Notes: a model not told the origin generated them from the letters alone. Shown: positions 1 through 14,409, counted from the stretch's first letter. The stretch is 64,000 bases of DNA from the human T2T-CHM13v2.0 reference genome, Homo sapiens (GCF_009914755.1 NC_060936.1), one strand, 5' to 3'. Made by a program: numbers and translations.

Positions 1-214
1 CTTAGAGGGCAGGAAGAAATTGAGAAACCAAGGAAAGTAAAGTTATAAAGTAACCAGAAAATAAAAAGTGCTGGCATAGTTCAGTATCACAATATTCCAA
101 GGAAGATAAGATTTAAAAGAGGCAGGAAAGATTGTCACCAGGAACAAAAGCTATGGACAAGAGACATAGATTGAGGACAGGAACTGAAGGTTGTGGTAGA
201 GATTACTGACCTAT

Positions 215-520
215 AATAGACCCATTCTGCTCTTTTCTTTTATAAGCAAATGGATTCCTGTTTCTTAGCTGAGCACAAGGTTGCCCAGTAAAAGAATTAC
301 ATATATCCACCTATTTTGCATCTTTATGGGCCATATGAATAGTTCTGACAAATTACATAAACAAGAAATATTGAGTGGAGCCCCTGGTAAGTGCTACTCA
401 AAAAAGGGGAACGTTTCTTTCTTACTCCCTTCATTTAGTTGGTTGCTTGGAATGTTGGTGTCATGCTAAGGGGTCCAGCAATCATGGTAGGCCCTAGAAG
501 ATGGATACTACATTCCTAAC
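215..520 (+). mobile_element. Ancient MaLR LTR fragment (MLT1J/K-like)
   Basis: 'ttgcccagtaaaagaattacatatatccacctattttgcatctttatgggccatatgaatagttctgacaa' resembles the recalled MLT1J core (gcccagctaaaagactacatttcccagcctcccttgcagct...ggccatgtgactaagttctggccaa). Boundaries approximate. Confidence 0.55.
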
Positions 521-859
521 ATTACAAGGACCTTGAAGAAGTTATACATCTTTCCCCTATTTTCTCCATCCTCAGTGAAGGGGTTAGATTGAATAAGAAA
601 GAAGAGGGCTCCAATAGAAATTTTGAAGTGTGTATAATGGTGAAATATTGAAGAAGAAAATAAGAGCCTTTCTTCCATTTTTCTGACCAAATAATGATGG
701 CACTTCCTGTCTTCTTTCACAGTGGGAAAGATAATATAAACTATTAAAAATATATAATTCTAGATCTTACTCTGTAACCTATTATTAAATTTTTGAAGGT
801 AGCATTTTCACTTTTCTCACCTGTATGTTTCTCCATGGTGTCTAGCAGAGGCCATGTCA

Positions 860-1328
860 AATTGCAGAAACTTATCTATTCTCCGTGACCATGACTCCTG
901 GCCATAACTGAGTGGATGGTGGATAGGACACCCGAGCCAAGTTGGTGCAATCATATTGGCTCTTTCAGGATCTTGGAATTGGGATTTAGAGACCTGTGAC
1001 TTATATGAGTATACTCGGGAGTTATAAGGCAATGGCTGTCTTGTATGTACATAGGCAGAGACAACAGGTATGGAGAGAGAGAATGATAAAGCAGCCATAT
1101 AGAAGAAAGACAGACCGTGTGTTCCTTGAGAGAGAGAGTGTGTAAGAGAGAAAGGTAGAGGTAGGTTGGGAGAGAGTAACAGAGAGAGAGAGAAAGAGAG
1201 AGAGAAAATGATAAAAGAGTAGCTACTTGGATTTTTGATCTGTCTCCAGGCCTTCTGAGGCCTGCTTCCATTTCCACATACCATCACTCAAGATAATCTC
1301 TGTGATGAGTCTTTGTAACTTGCACACC

Positions 1329-1359
<31 letters not shown>

Positions 1360-1365
1360 TCATGC
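860..1365 (+). mobile_element. Ancient ERVL-type LTR (LTR16/LTR33-like), degraded
   Basis: 'ggataggacacccgagccaagttggtgcaatcatattggctctttcaggatcttggaattgggatttagagac' resembles the family motif, followed by a GA-rich middle and an end 'gtaacttgcacacc(A)n gtctt'. Confidence 0.45.
1329..1355 (+). repeat. Pure poly(A)27 tract
   Basis: 27 consecutive A. Confidence 0.95.
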
Positions 1366-1884
1366 ATGATAAATTATTCCGTGCAGTTCCACAGAGATCT
1401 TCTAAGGGAAAGAAAATATAAGTCCACTTAACCCAATCTCAGAATGGCCTTATTTTAGTTTTGTGATGGTTGCTAGTGGTCCAGAGTATTTTTCAGGTTC
1501 CAAGGGAGACATGGAGATGTGGGACTATTCAAACAGCTGGAACTTGAGGATGTACTTGGGGCTATAGTTAGAGGTGATGATAGAAGTGAAAAAAGTGAAT
1601 AAGATGCTCAACTTTTAATTTTACAAGCTCAAACACTCAAGAAACCAAAGCATCGTGAATGGAAAAGATAGGGTACATTTCTAACTTTAAAATAATTATA
1701 ATCTAGGTAGAGAACAGTAAAATATACACATATGCACCCAGAACTAAATGAGTGCTACAGATTATAAGCATTATAAGATATAAAGAAGATAGCTATTATT
1801 GCTGGGCTATTGTTTTCAGGTATTAATAACGTCAGGTTTGGTTTAGGCTATAAAGGACAACTTTGCTCTCACAATGGAAAATGT

Positions 1885-1990
1885 AGTGACTTGAGGTCAG
1901 CTTTTCTACTGACTAGATATGTGACTGTGATCAGTCACTTTACCTTTCCAATTTCACAGCAGTTTCCTCCTCTGTAAAATGAGGGCTGTG
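1885..1990 (+). mobile_element. MIR core fragment
   Basis: 'tgactagatatgtgactgtgatcagtcactttacc...cagtttcctcctctgtaaaatgagg'. Confidence 0.65.
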
Positions 1991-2562
1991 TATTGGATTC
2001 ATTAATTCATTCAAAACATAAACTTTCAGTGCCCACTGTAATGTATAGAACTAGGAATACTGCATAAATACCAGTCTTCTAAAAAGACTGTCACTCTGAT
2101 GTGTCTATGAACAAAAGACAGTGGGAGGCAACTAAGCTGCCTACAGGTAAAGAAAAACTCCATTGAGACCATGTTTGGATGAATAGGAGTTGTTAGGTGA
2201 ATCCGATAATGATGGAACCTTCCGGAGAAAGGGTTGCATAGATCATTGCAAATGTTTCTTGTAGCATTAATATTTTTATTTGCTTCTGCTTTGTTTAGAG
2301 GAGGAGGAAGGGAGTGAACAAATGTTGGGTAGGAGTTAAGCGTATGAATTGAAGAGAAGATAGAAGGAAATAATTTCCTGGGCTTCTTCAAACCCCTAAA
2401 ATGTATTCAAAGTGAATTCCATGAAGGAAAATACATGAAAAAGCAGATAATTAAAACCTCCTTTGCCTCCTCTGTATTTCTGTCTTGTATAAGATCTTAG
2501 AGATACTGCAAAAATGATATAATAGGATTCATGTCCCTCATAGACGTTTAGGACTCCCATCC

Positions 2563-2820
2563 AGAGGCAGTGTGTGGAGTGCTTAAGAATTTGAGTTTTG
2601 AAGACAGATCACATGCTAGCTAACACCACCACCTACTAGTTGTAAGATCTTTAAAAAGTTTAAACTTTTTTGTGCCTTTGCCTTCTCATCTGTAAAATGG
2701 AGATGATAACAATAGCTACTTCCTATGGTGAGAATTAAATGTATTAAACATATAAAGTGCCTAGAACCAGCACATAAAAGCACACTGGCATTTAAAAATA
2801 ATAGCATATTAGTTATTATT
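2563..2820 (+). mobile_element. MIR SINE, near full length
   Basis: tRNA-like head, core 'ttctcatctgtaaaatggagatgataacaatagctacttcctat', tail 'aaagtgcctagaacc...ttattatt'. Confidence 0.8.
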
Positions 2821-4744
2821 ACCTATTATTCCATAGAGAGTTCACCACCGAGGTGAGGTAATGGCAATATGCCTCCCTACATTAGTGAGTAACCTGAGGG
2901 TACTTCCCTGTGCCTGGTCTTCAATAGGGATGGCTTAGAATTTGCTTATTTAGTCATGATACAAAAGTATGTCCAATGAGGCCCTATTTCAGGCACGGTG
3001 AACTATATGAAAGGAGAAATAAATAAACCGTGAAGTACAATATTCCAACACAAGGCAGTACATTTTAAATATAAAACAAATATTTAGGAGCTCAGAGGAG
3101 GCAGATGTGACAGCTGCCTGAAACATCAGGGGACACTTCTTGGGTGGCATGGGAAGTGTACAATGACAGACATCATTTCAGGGATTTAAGTCAGGATTTG
3201 CCTCAGCTGGTTTGTGCACCCTCTTTGCATTCACAAGCCTTTCTTTCGTCTCGCCTGAGCTTTTAGAGCAAAATCTGATCCAGAGACTGTGGATGCTGGA
3301 GGAGCGTCAAGGCTGGGAAAGTAACATGCACTGTGTTCGCAATCAACAGAAAAGATATTTTTAAACAAAAACAATTTTCCAAGTTTCCAGGAAGAGAAAC
3401 AAAAGGCTTTTCTAAAATGAAAGAAACTGTTCTTCTCATTCTGTGACTTTTATGTCACTTGGGCAACAAACCAGTGCTTAGGAACGGTTATTTTCCTGTC
3501 GACATCGCTGCATGGATACTTCTTAGAAGAACATAACAGCATTAGCACTCAGTCCCAGGTTCTGCTCACCCTCCAATGGCAGTCGTCTTCAAAAACAATA
3601 AAGATATCTGTGCTTGGTCTCTCTGTCTTGATTACACTGCAGGCACAACCTGTGTGGGGAAACAATATCCTGGATCATACTGAAGGTTCGCACAGATGGA
3701 ACATTAGTGGGAGGGGTTGCCAGCTACTTCCCTGCCAACTTGTTAGTGCTGGAGACATTATCCTCTTATTTTGCCAGTTTAACAGAAGATCAGTCGTAAA
3801 GATTCACTGTAGGCTCAGCAACATAATTATTATCTATGGTCTCTGCATTAACTGTGAGAAAACATCATAGTCTGAATCTGCCTAATTTCAAATGCCAAGC
3901 TGTGCCCACATTCAGCCCACAACTGAACCTGAATACTCAATATATCCTTAGCATTGCTACTGTTGTCATCATGGTGGATGTTAAGTACAGGTTTGCCCAA
4001 GCTATGATGTTTAATTGTTGCCTTACTGCTTCTGTATTTCTTCTGTTTCCCTGACCCTTTTCAACACCAGCCCCATGCAATTTAAAACTATTAAAAAGGT
4101 AAAAATCGGTGTCACATTTAGTTCTGCTACTCAGTACAGAAGTGCCAAGCCCCTGCAAATCTGGAAAACAAACTCCTTAACAGATGGGCCACATAAAGTT
4201 TACAACATGTGCAATGTGGGAGGTAGTATGGCTCTGGGCAAGAAACAGAAGACTGGAAGTTTGGGAGCTCAGGGTTTTTGAATTTGCTTTTGCTTTTTGT
4301 TTGTAGGCAGATCACATAAGCTTATATCCTTCAATTCTCTCATATGACCTGATATCTACCTTATAAGTGAGTGAGTAATAAGAAATCAGGCAATTTTTTT
4401 CCTAATATGAAACAGTATCAAAATGCTATTGCTCCTGCTGGGATCATGTGTAACTGGTATCAAATTGTTAATAAAACGTGGCAGCAAGATTTGGAAAAAT
4501 CCATGATGTAATCTTAGATCTAAAAGACAGTTCTCTTTTATTGAGGACAGGTATATAACTAATGGGATGTTGTTACTGATAGAAAGGATGTTGCTAGCCT
4601 TAGACAAATCTTTGAAAAAGGTTGGATTGTGATTTCTAAATCTACACAAGCAAAATACCTTTGGAGTGGCCTTTCAAACCTGACATGTTAGAACAATTTT
4701 AGAACCAAATTCTTTTGGACTGAATTTGATAATAGCCTAAAAAC

Positions 4745-4895
4745 AGAGGTTCTCAAACATAAATGACCTATTTAAAATTATAAATATCTGAGACTCACCA
4801 CCAGCCTGTGATTAAGAATCTTTGGAAGCACAGCTAAGAAATGTTTAGTTTGAAAAAGTCCCCTAAATTATTCCAATGACTAGTTGTACTTGGGC
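4745..4895. mobile_element. MER5-like hAT-Charlie DNA transposon relic
   Basis: Starts 'cagaggttctcaaa' (TIR-like CAGTGGTTCTCAAA); internal 'aagaatctttgga...ctaagaaatgtttagtttgaaaaagtcccc'. Confidence 0.55.
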
Positions 4896-5108
4896 ATTAT
4901 CATAATTCATAAAAATATATAAATCAATATGAAAGTTTTTGAACAAATTAAAGTTGACTAAAATTCCAAAGCCAAAGAAAGAAATATGGAAATTGTCATT
5001 TAAGAGGACAGATAATTGGCATAGGAGAAAATAGAGAGAGAGGAATGCTAAGAAGAAAAATCTACAGTTCAGTCACAAGGAAGAGAAAAAAAGCAGTCTT
5101 TGACAGTA

Positions 5109-5547
5109 TGTCTTAGTCCACTTTCTGTTGCTATAATTGAATACCACAGACTGGGTAATTGTTTAAAAAATACATTTATTTCTTACTGTTCTGTAGGGTG
5201 GGAAGTCCAAGTTCTAGGGACCATATCTGGTGAAGGCCTTCTTGCTTGTGGGGACTCTCTGCAGAGTCCTGAAGTGGTGCAGGGCATCCGTGGTGAGGGG
5301 GTACATGACAGGCAACCAAAATCTATTTTACAACAAACCCACTCTCATGATAACTAACCCACTCCCATGATAATCCATTAATACATGAGCCCTTTAGTCC
5401 ATGAATCCATGAATGGATTAATCCATTCATGAGGGCAGAGCCTTCATGACCTAATCACCTCTTAAAGGCCTTACTTCTTAATACTGTTACATTGGGGATT
5501 AAGTTTCAATGTGAACTTCAAAGGAGACAAAAATTCAAACCATAACA
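5109..5547 (-). mobile_element. MaLR solo LTR (MSTD/MLT1A-like)
   Basis: Termini 'tgtcttagtcc' and 'caaaccataaca'; internal 'gaatggattaatccattcatgagggcagagcc' and 'ggggactctctgcagagtcc'. Confidence 0.85.
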
Positions 5548-5749
5548 GAATAATAGGGGTCCTGAAGGTGAAAGTGGAAAGAGAAATTTATCAGTGTGAA
5601 TAGAGAAAAATCTCTGCAGAGACTCAAAATATGTGCCACCTTCCTTATAGAACTTCTCACATTTTGCTTCTATTTTTGCAGCATGTCCAATTTACAATCC
5701 ATTTTCCAATCTGAATTCAGAGTTCACTTTTAAGAATTCAAATATGAAT

Positions 5750-6457
5750 CATAGTTCTGGCTTGTTTAAAGCACCCGGTAGCACTCTTATGTCGTGCAGA
5801 ATCAAATACGAAGCATTGTCCTGTATAAGCTGATTTTGCCATACCTGTCCAGCTAAACTTTTCTTCACTTATCTGATTGCTGTTTTCTTTGTAGGCACAC
5901 TGACCTTTTGCCATTCTTGAGATACGCCAAATTTCTTTCCATCTGGGGCCTTCGAACATATTATTTTTCTAGTAAAATTTCATTCAGCACTCCTCCAGCT
6001 CTGCCCACTGCCACTAGTCAACTGCAGATTTCTGGCCATCTCTTACATCAGAAATGATATGTCATTACTCGGAGAGGACTTCTCTGACAATTTAATGTAA
6101 CTTAGGTCCCTGCATTGTAATGACAAGTTACCATATATTTTCTTGATAAAGCTAATCATAAGGCCAGGTGCATGCCTATAATCCTAGCACTTTGGGAGGC
6201 CGAGGCAGGTGGGTCACATGAGCCCAGGAGTTTGAGACCAGCCTGGGCAACATGACACAACCCCATCTCTACAAAAAATACAAACAATTAGCCAGACATG
6301 GTGGTGCATGCCTGTAGAGTCCAGGAGGTCAACATTGCAGTGAGCCTTGATGGTGTCACTGCACTCCAGCTTGGGTGACAGAGCAAGACCCTGTCTCAAA
6401 AATCAAACAAAAAACCTAACCGTGATTTGTAACTTTATATTTACTTATGATTATTTA
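5750..6457 (+). mobile_element. L2 3' region, interrupted by AluJ and continuing at 14410 after the L1
   Basis: 'cacactgaccttttgccattcttgagatacgccaaatttctttccatctggggccttcgaaca' and 'atgtcattactcggagaggacttctctgac' resemble L2. Confidence 0.65.
6162..6414 (+). mobile_element. AluJ with internal deletions
   Basis: J-type 'gagcccaggagtttgagaccagcctgggcaacat' and 'gaccctgtctc'; about 40 bp missing in the right arm at 'cctgtag|agtccagg'; degraded TSD aaagctaatcataa / aaacctaaccgtga. Confidence 0.92.
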
Positions 6458-7731
6458 TTATTTGGGGAATTATTATTTTATTGATTATATTTGTACACTG
6501 TCATGGTGTACATTTGGTATTTTGTTACATGCATATGATGTGTAATGATCAACTCAAGGTATTTAAGATATCCATCACCTCAAGTGTTTATCATTTCTAT
6601 GTATTGGGAAGATTTCAAATCCTCTCTTCTAGCTATTTTGAAATATATAATACATTGTTGTTACTTATAGTCACCTGACTCTTCTGTTGAACATAGGAAC
6701 TTACTACTTCTACTTAAGTATATATTTTTGCCCATTAACCAAAATCTCCTTATTTCCCTCTCCTGACTACCACAACACACACCCTTCCCAGCCTCTAGTA
6801 TCTATCATTCTACTCTCTACCTCCATGAAGATCAACTATTTAAGCTCCCACATATGTGTGAGGACATGTGATATTTGTCTTTCTGTGCCTGGTGTATTTC
6901 ACTTAATGACCTCCAGTTCCATTCATGTTACTGCAAATGACAGGATTTCATTCGTTTTTTTTTTTTTTTTTTTTTTTTTGGCCAAGTAGTACTTCATTGT
7001 GTATGTACTACATTTTCTTTATTCAGTCATTTATTGTTTAACACTTAGGTTGATGCTGTATCTTGGCTATTATGAATAGTGCTGAAATAAACATGAGGAT
7101 GAAGGTATCCCTTTGAAATAATAATTTATTATATAATATAGTATTTTATATATAATAATTGCATTGATATATATCCAGTAGTGGAATTGCTGGGTATGAT
7201 AGTTCTACTTCTGGTTTTTAAAGAAATCTCCATACTATATTCCATAGTGGTGGTACTAATTTACATTCCCATCAACAGTACAAAGGAATTTCCTTTTCTC
7301 TATATCCTAACCAGTATCTGTTGTTTTGTGTTATTAATAACCATTCTTACTAGGGTAAGGTGATACCTCAATATAGTTCTAATTTGCATTTCCCTAATAA
7401 CTACTGATGTTGAGCATTTTTTCATATACCTGTTGGCCATTTGTATGCCTTCTTTTGAGAATTTTTTATTCATATTCCTTTGCCCACTTTCTAATATGTT
7501 TATTAGTGTTTTTTGATGTCCATTTGTTAGTGTTTCTTGTATATAACGGAAATTAGTCTCCTGTCAGATGAATAGTTTGCAAATGTTTTCTCCCATTCAG
7601 TTAGCTGAGTCTTCATTTTGTTGATTGTTCTCTTTGCTGTGCAGAATCTTTTTAATTTAATATAGCCCAATTTGTCTATTTTTTGTTTTTGTGGCTTGTG
7701 CTTTTTAAATATTTCCCGTAAAATCTTTTAC

Positions 7732-7849
7732 TTTTATTATTATTATTTATTTTAAATTTTTTATTTCCATAGATTTTTGGGGAACAGATGGCATTTGGTT
7801 ACATGAGTAAGTTCTTTAGTGGTGATTTGTGAGATTTTGATGTACCCAT
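7732..7849 (-). mobile_element. Very short L1PB-type 3' end inserted in the L1MA
   Basis: T-rich tail followed by 'ttccatagatttttggggaacagatggcatttggttacatgagtaagttctttagtggtgatttgtgagattttg'; TSD ttttac at 7726-7731 and 7850-7855. Confidence 0.85.
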
Positions 7850-8167
7850 TTTTACCTAAACCAATGACCTATAATTTTTCTCCTGTTTTGCTTTTCTAGT
7901 AGTTTTATAGTTTTAGATCTTACCTTTAGGCTTTTAATTCATTTTGGGTTGATTTTTGCATATGGTGAGAGGTAGGGGTCAAGCTTCATTCTTCTGCATA
8001 TGGTTATCCAGTTTTCCTAGCACTATTTATTGAAGAGGATGTCCACTACTCAGGGTATATTCTTGGTGGCTGTGTTGAAGATCAGTTAGCTGTAACTGTG
8101 GATTTTTATCTGGGTTCTCTGTTCTGTTCCATTGGTCTCTGTGTCTAGTTTTATATCACTATTGTGC

Positions 8168-8554
8168 TGATATGGTTTAGCTCTGTGTTTCCACCCAAAT
8201 CTTCTGTCAAATTGTAATCCCCACATATTGGAGGAGAGGACAGGTGTGAAGTGATTGAATCATGGGGGTGGACTTCCCCCTTGCTGTTCTTGTGATAGTA
8301 AATGAGTTCTCACAATATCTGGTTGTTTAAAAGTGTGTAGCAACTCCCACTTCACTCACTCCCTCTCTCTCCCTCTCTCCTGCTGCACCATGGTAAGACA
8401 TACTTTCTTCCTCTTTGCCTTCTGCCATCATTGCAAGTTTCCTGAGTCCTCCCCAGCCATGTCTCCTGTGGAACTCTGAGTCAATTAAATCTCTTTTATT
8501 TATAAATTACCCATCTCAGGTGGTTCTTTATAGCAATGTGAGAACGGACATACA
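8168..8554 (+). mobile_element. MSTA-type MaLR solo LTR nested in L1MA
   Basis: Termini 'tgatatggtttagctctgtgtttccacccaaatc' and 'tctttatagcaatgtgagaacggacataca'. Confidence 0.92.
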
Positions 8555-9315
8555 CATACTGTTTTGCTTACTAGACTTTGTAAGATATTTTGAAGTGAGG
8601 TAGTGTGATGCCTCCAGCTTTGTTCTTTTTGCTCAGTATTTCTTTGGCTATTCAGACTCTCTTTTGGTTCCATACAGATTTAGGATTGTTTTTTCTATTT
8701 CTGTAAAGAGCGATGTGCGTGTTTGATAGGAATTACGTTGAATCTGTAAATTGCTTTGTGCAGTGTGGTTATTTCAGCGATATTCATTCTTTTTATCCAC
8801 AAGCAAGGGATGTATTTCCATTTGTTTATGTTATTCTCAATTTTGTTTCTTTAGGGTTTTGTAGTTTTCCTTGTAGAGTTCTTTAACTTTCTGGATTAAA
8901 TTTACTCGTAGGTGAATTTTGTAGCTATTGTAAATGTGATGGCTTTCTTTATTTATTTTTCAGCAATTTTACTTTTAGTATATAGAAGCCTTACTGATTC
9001 TTATATGTAAATATTGTATCCTGCAACTTTACTGAATTTATCAGATCTAAGAGTTTTGCTTGAGTATTTTTAGTTTTTTTCTAAATATAAGATCATGTCA
9101 TCTAAAAATAGGAACAATTTGACTTCCTCTTTTCTAGTTGGGATGCCTTTTATGTCTTTTTCTTGCCTATTAGCTTGGGCTAAGATCTCTGGTACTATGT
9201 TGAACAGTAATGGTGAAAGTGGGCATTCTGTCTTGTTCCAGTCCTTAGAGGAAAACTTTTTAGCTTTTCCCCATTTAGTATGATGTTAGCTGTGAGTTTA
9301 TTATATGTTACCTTT

Positions 9316-9626
<311 letters not shown>

Positions 9627-10292
9627 TATGTTACCTTTAGTATGTTGGGTTATGTTTGTTCTATACCTAGTTTGTTGAGAGTTTCTTTTTTTAATCAGGA
9701 AGTGACATTGGATTTTACCAAGTGCTTTTTCTGCATCTATTGAGATGATCATGTAGTTTTTGTCTTTCATTCTGTTGATACGAAGTAACACATTTATTGA
9801 TTTGCATATGTTGAACCATCCTTGAATCAACAATGAAATCCAACTTGATCATGGAGTATTATCTTTTTGATGTGCTGTTGGATTTGGTTTGCTAATAATT
9901 TGTTGAGGATTTTTTGCATCTCTGTTCATCAGGGATACTGGTCTATAGTTTTTTTGTTGTTGTTGTGTCCTTTTCTGGTTTTGGTATCAGGATGATGTTA
10001 ACCTCATAGAATGAGTTAGGGAGAATTTCCTCATCTTCAATTTTTTGGAAGAGTTTGAGGAGATTTGTTTTACTTCTTAAAGACATGGAAGAATTACGTG
10101 GTGAAGCCATCTGGTCCTGGTCTTTTCTTTGTTGAGAGACTTTTTATTACTGATTCAATCTTGCTACTAGTTGTTGGGCTGTTCAGGTTTTCTTTTTATT
10201 CCTGATCCAATCTTTGTAGGTTGTATGTGTTCAGGAACTCACTCATTTCCTCTAGGTTTTCCAATTGGCTGGAGTATAGTTTTTCATAATAG

Positions 10293-10629
<337 letters not shown>

Positions 10630-13600
10630 GGTATCAGTTTTTATATTACCTTTTTTGTTTCTGATTTTGTTTATTTGCGTCTTCTCTCTCTTTTACTTAA
10701 GACTTGTTTGTGGTCTAATGTATGATAAATCCTGGACAGTGTTCTATGTGCCGATAGGAGGAACACGTATTTGTAGTTTTTGGATAAAATTTTCTGTAAA
10801 TGTCTATTAGGTACATTTCATCTAAAGTCTAATTTAAGTCCAATGTTTCTTTGTTTATTTTCTGTTTAGATAATCTGTCTAATGCTGAGAATGTGGTGTG
10901 GAAGTCACTGACTGTTACTGTATTGAAATATATCTCTTTCTTTAGATCCAGTAATATTTGCTTTATGAATATGGGTGCTCCGTGTTGGGTGCATTATAAA
11001 CTTAGAATAGTCACATCCTCTTAATGAATTGATTACTTTATCATTATTTAATGAGCTTTTGTCTTTTTTTTTTTACTGTTTTTGACTTAAAGTCTGTTTT
11101 ATCTGATATAAGTATAGCTACTCCTGCTTGCTTTTAATTTCCATTTGTGTGGAGTATCTTTTTCCATCCTTTCACTTTGAGTCTTACGTGTCTTCACAGA
11201 GAAGTGAGTTTTTTATAGGCAGCATGTAGTTGGGTCATTAAAAAAAAAATCCATTTAGCCAGTCTGTATCTTTTAAGTGGAAAATTCATTTACATTCAAG
11301 GTTATTATTGGTAGATGAGTACTTATTCCCATTATTTTGTTGTTGGTTTTATGGTTGTTTTGTATATTCTTTGTTTCTTTATTTCTGTCTTATTTATCAT
11401 TGTGGTTTGGTCATTTTCTGTGGTGGTAATATTTATGTCCTTTCTCTTCTTCTTTTGTATGTTTGCTTTGGCAGTACATTTTATGCTTTTGTGGATTTTC
11501 ATGATAATTGATCTGTCATTTCACTTTCAGGTGTAGGACTCCCTGAAGCATATATTGTAGAGTTGGTCTAGGAGTAATGAATTACCTCAGTTTTTGCTTG
11601 TCTGAGAAAGACTTTATTTCTCCTTTATTTATGAAGGATAAATGTTTCTGGGCATGGTATTCTTGGTTTGTAGGCCTTTTTTTCCAGCACTCCTGGCCTG
11701 TAAGGTTTCTGCTGAGATATCTGATGTTAGTCTGATGGGGTTTCCCTTATAAATGACTAGACACATTTCTGTTGCTATTTTCATAATTCTCTCTTTACCT
11801 GATTTTTGACAACTTGATTATAGTGTGTCTGGGAAAGGACAAAATGTAACTTTTTGGGTTGCATCTATTTGGAGATCTCTGAGCTTCCTGTATCTGAATG
11901 TTTAAATCTTTTGCTAGACTTGGGATGTTTTCAGTTATCATTTCATTAAATAGATTTTCCATGACTTTGGTCTCTTCACTTTCTGAAATATCCAAAATTT
12001 ACATATTTAATTGCTTTATAGTGTCCCATATGTCACATAGGCTGTTTCATGCATTTTATTCTTTGTTTTTGTTTGTTTTGGGGTGTTTTTTGTTTGTTTG
12101 TTTTTAGTTTTACAGAGTTATTTCCAAAGACTGTCTTCAAGTTCTGAGATTCTTCTGCTTACTCTTGTCTATTGCTGAAACTCTCAAATGAATTTCTTGT
12201 TTCATTCACTGAATTCTTCAGCTCTAAGATATCTTATTTCTGGTTTCTTAAATGATATCTATCTCTCTGATAAATTTCTCACTCATGTCCTGAATTTTTA
12301 ATCTGATTTCTTTGTATTGTTTATCTGTTTTGTTTTTCTGTATCTCACAGGGCTTTTTAAATATTATTATTTTGAATTCTTTTCCTGGGATTTCATAAAA
12401 TTATTTTTTCTTTAGAATCTGTTGCTGAATAATTATCGTGTTCCTATGGAAGTGTAATTTTCTTTGTTTCTTTTTTGTGTTTCTTGAGTCCCTACATTGA
12501 TATCTGGTGTCATAGTTGTTTCTACAAATTTTGAGGATTAGTTTTCATGGGAAATATTTTTCCTGGAGATGTATCTATGGTGTTGGTTGGGTAGGACATT
12601 TTATCTTTAATTCTGGATGCATGCAGTAGTGTAGTCTCTGTATGATTTCTTTGGCTGTAAACAATGTTAGTGGTGCTTGTGATTTTTTTTGTGGCTTATG
12701 CTGCAGTTGTTAGTGGAGGCTGTGTTGGGGTTTTGCTGAGGATGAAGATGCAAAGCGGGCTGGTCTTTGGGCCCCATTGGTGACAGTGGTGGGCTATGCA
12801 ACCTTGGGCCCCTAGTCAGCATACAGAGTTTTAGTGGGTGCAAATGGGCGTACTCTTGGCCTTCTAGATTGCTGGGATGCTGGCAGTGGCAGTGGTGGGC
12901 TGGGCAGATGGTAGGTCTTTGTTCTCCTGCATAATGTGTATGGCATAAAGAGATGGAAGTAGTGGTGGTGAGTCAACCCTTGGGCTCTGAAGCAGCAGAT
13001 GTTTGTGTTAGCAGCAGCTGCAGTTTGCTGAGTGTGCCAGTCTCTAGGTGGCACATATGGGTGACAGCATCTTGCTGTGACAGTAGTGGCAGGTTGGGTG
13101 AACACATTCTCAGGTCCCCAGGAGGAATGCACAGATGCTGGTGGTGGTGGACAGAGCAGTGCAATCCCTAAGCCTTTGTGCCATGTGCTTGGATACTGGA
13201 TGGAGAGCAGTACCAGGCTGAGAAAGCCTGTCCTTAGGCCCACTGGTGGTGCATTTGGATGCTGGCTGTGGTGGGCTGATTGGGGTGATCTCAGGCTCCT
13301 CTGCAGAGTGCTTATGTGGCTGCAGCAGCATTGGTGGAATGTAGGGGGAGTCTGTTCTCAGATAGCATGCAAATTCCCTATAGTCCTGCTACTTGGGGAA
13401 GGGGAGCAGAGTTGCTAACCTTGACTGTAACCATGGGCAGATAATTCTCAGGCTCTTTGGGGTGTGCTCTTTAGCCCCCTGTGGAAGCATCAGCAGTGGG
13501 GTAAACTAGTCCTCAAGGTACATGCCAGTGGATGACAGCAGTCCTGCTAGTGGGGAGGGTGGGTCGCTGCTAGTGATGTGCACTTTGGTCCCCAGCAGCA

Positions 13601-14409
13601 GTAGTGGCATTTGAGTTGGGTGACAGTAGAGCCTGTCCTCAGAGTGTGTGTGCAGCATCACTGCTGCTGGGGTGGGTTTGGATTGCTTTCTGTGGTAGTA
13701 ATCCCAGGTGGGTGGTTCTCTGAGTCCAGGGAGTATGTGATTTGGCTCCCTTTGTCCCAGAGGTAGCCTCCCAGCACACTGTACCATCCATTCCCCATGG
13801 TGCAGGACACTGTGTTTGCTAGAGTCCTGGGGATCCTGCTGCTCTGCTGGGTCTGACAGGTATTGTGCTGTGCAGACCTCTGGATGAACATAGAGGGGAT
13901 GTTATTGAGGCTCCAGGAATATGGAGATGCAGGGATGTTGGGCTCCAGGGCAGGATGCAGTATAGTGGGGGCTGGGCTCTCAAAATAGTGCCATGCTGCA
14001 GCTGCCTATAACTTGGGGTGTGTGGAATCTGGCATAAGCTCCCTCTCTGGAGCAATGCCATCATGCAGGTTCCAGGAAGGTCCCTATGCTATTCTCAGAA
14101 CCGTCAAGGGATTTTCTAGTGGCAACATTGCAGGAGTCCACAGTGGGAAGGCAGACCACTGGGAATCTCTCACTTACACTTTGCCTGCACGAGGGAGCCT
14201 CTGCTGGCTTCCAGGCAATCTTGGCTAAGCTGGCTGCCTTGACTCCTGCTCCTTCTGTGCGTCAGGTGTTTCCTGTCATTTCTCTCTTGAATTCCAGTGT
14301 TCTTTCTTAGATGCTTTATTTAAAGTGTGATTAGCTACTTGCTATTTTTGTTCTTCTTTGTGGAGGAGGCAAGTGTCAGATGCCTCTAGTAAGCTATCTT
14401 AAAGCCTTT

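Noticed and set aside
817-1287. 156-aa and 108-aa minus-strand ORFs
   Set aside because: They run through GA/TC low-complexity LTR relic sequence and have biased composition.
12812-14310. Cluster of overlapping ORFs on both strands
   Set aside because: They lie in the GC-richer L1 5'UTR, where stop codons are rare.
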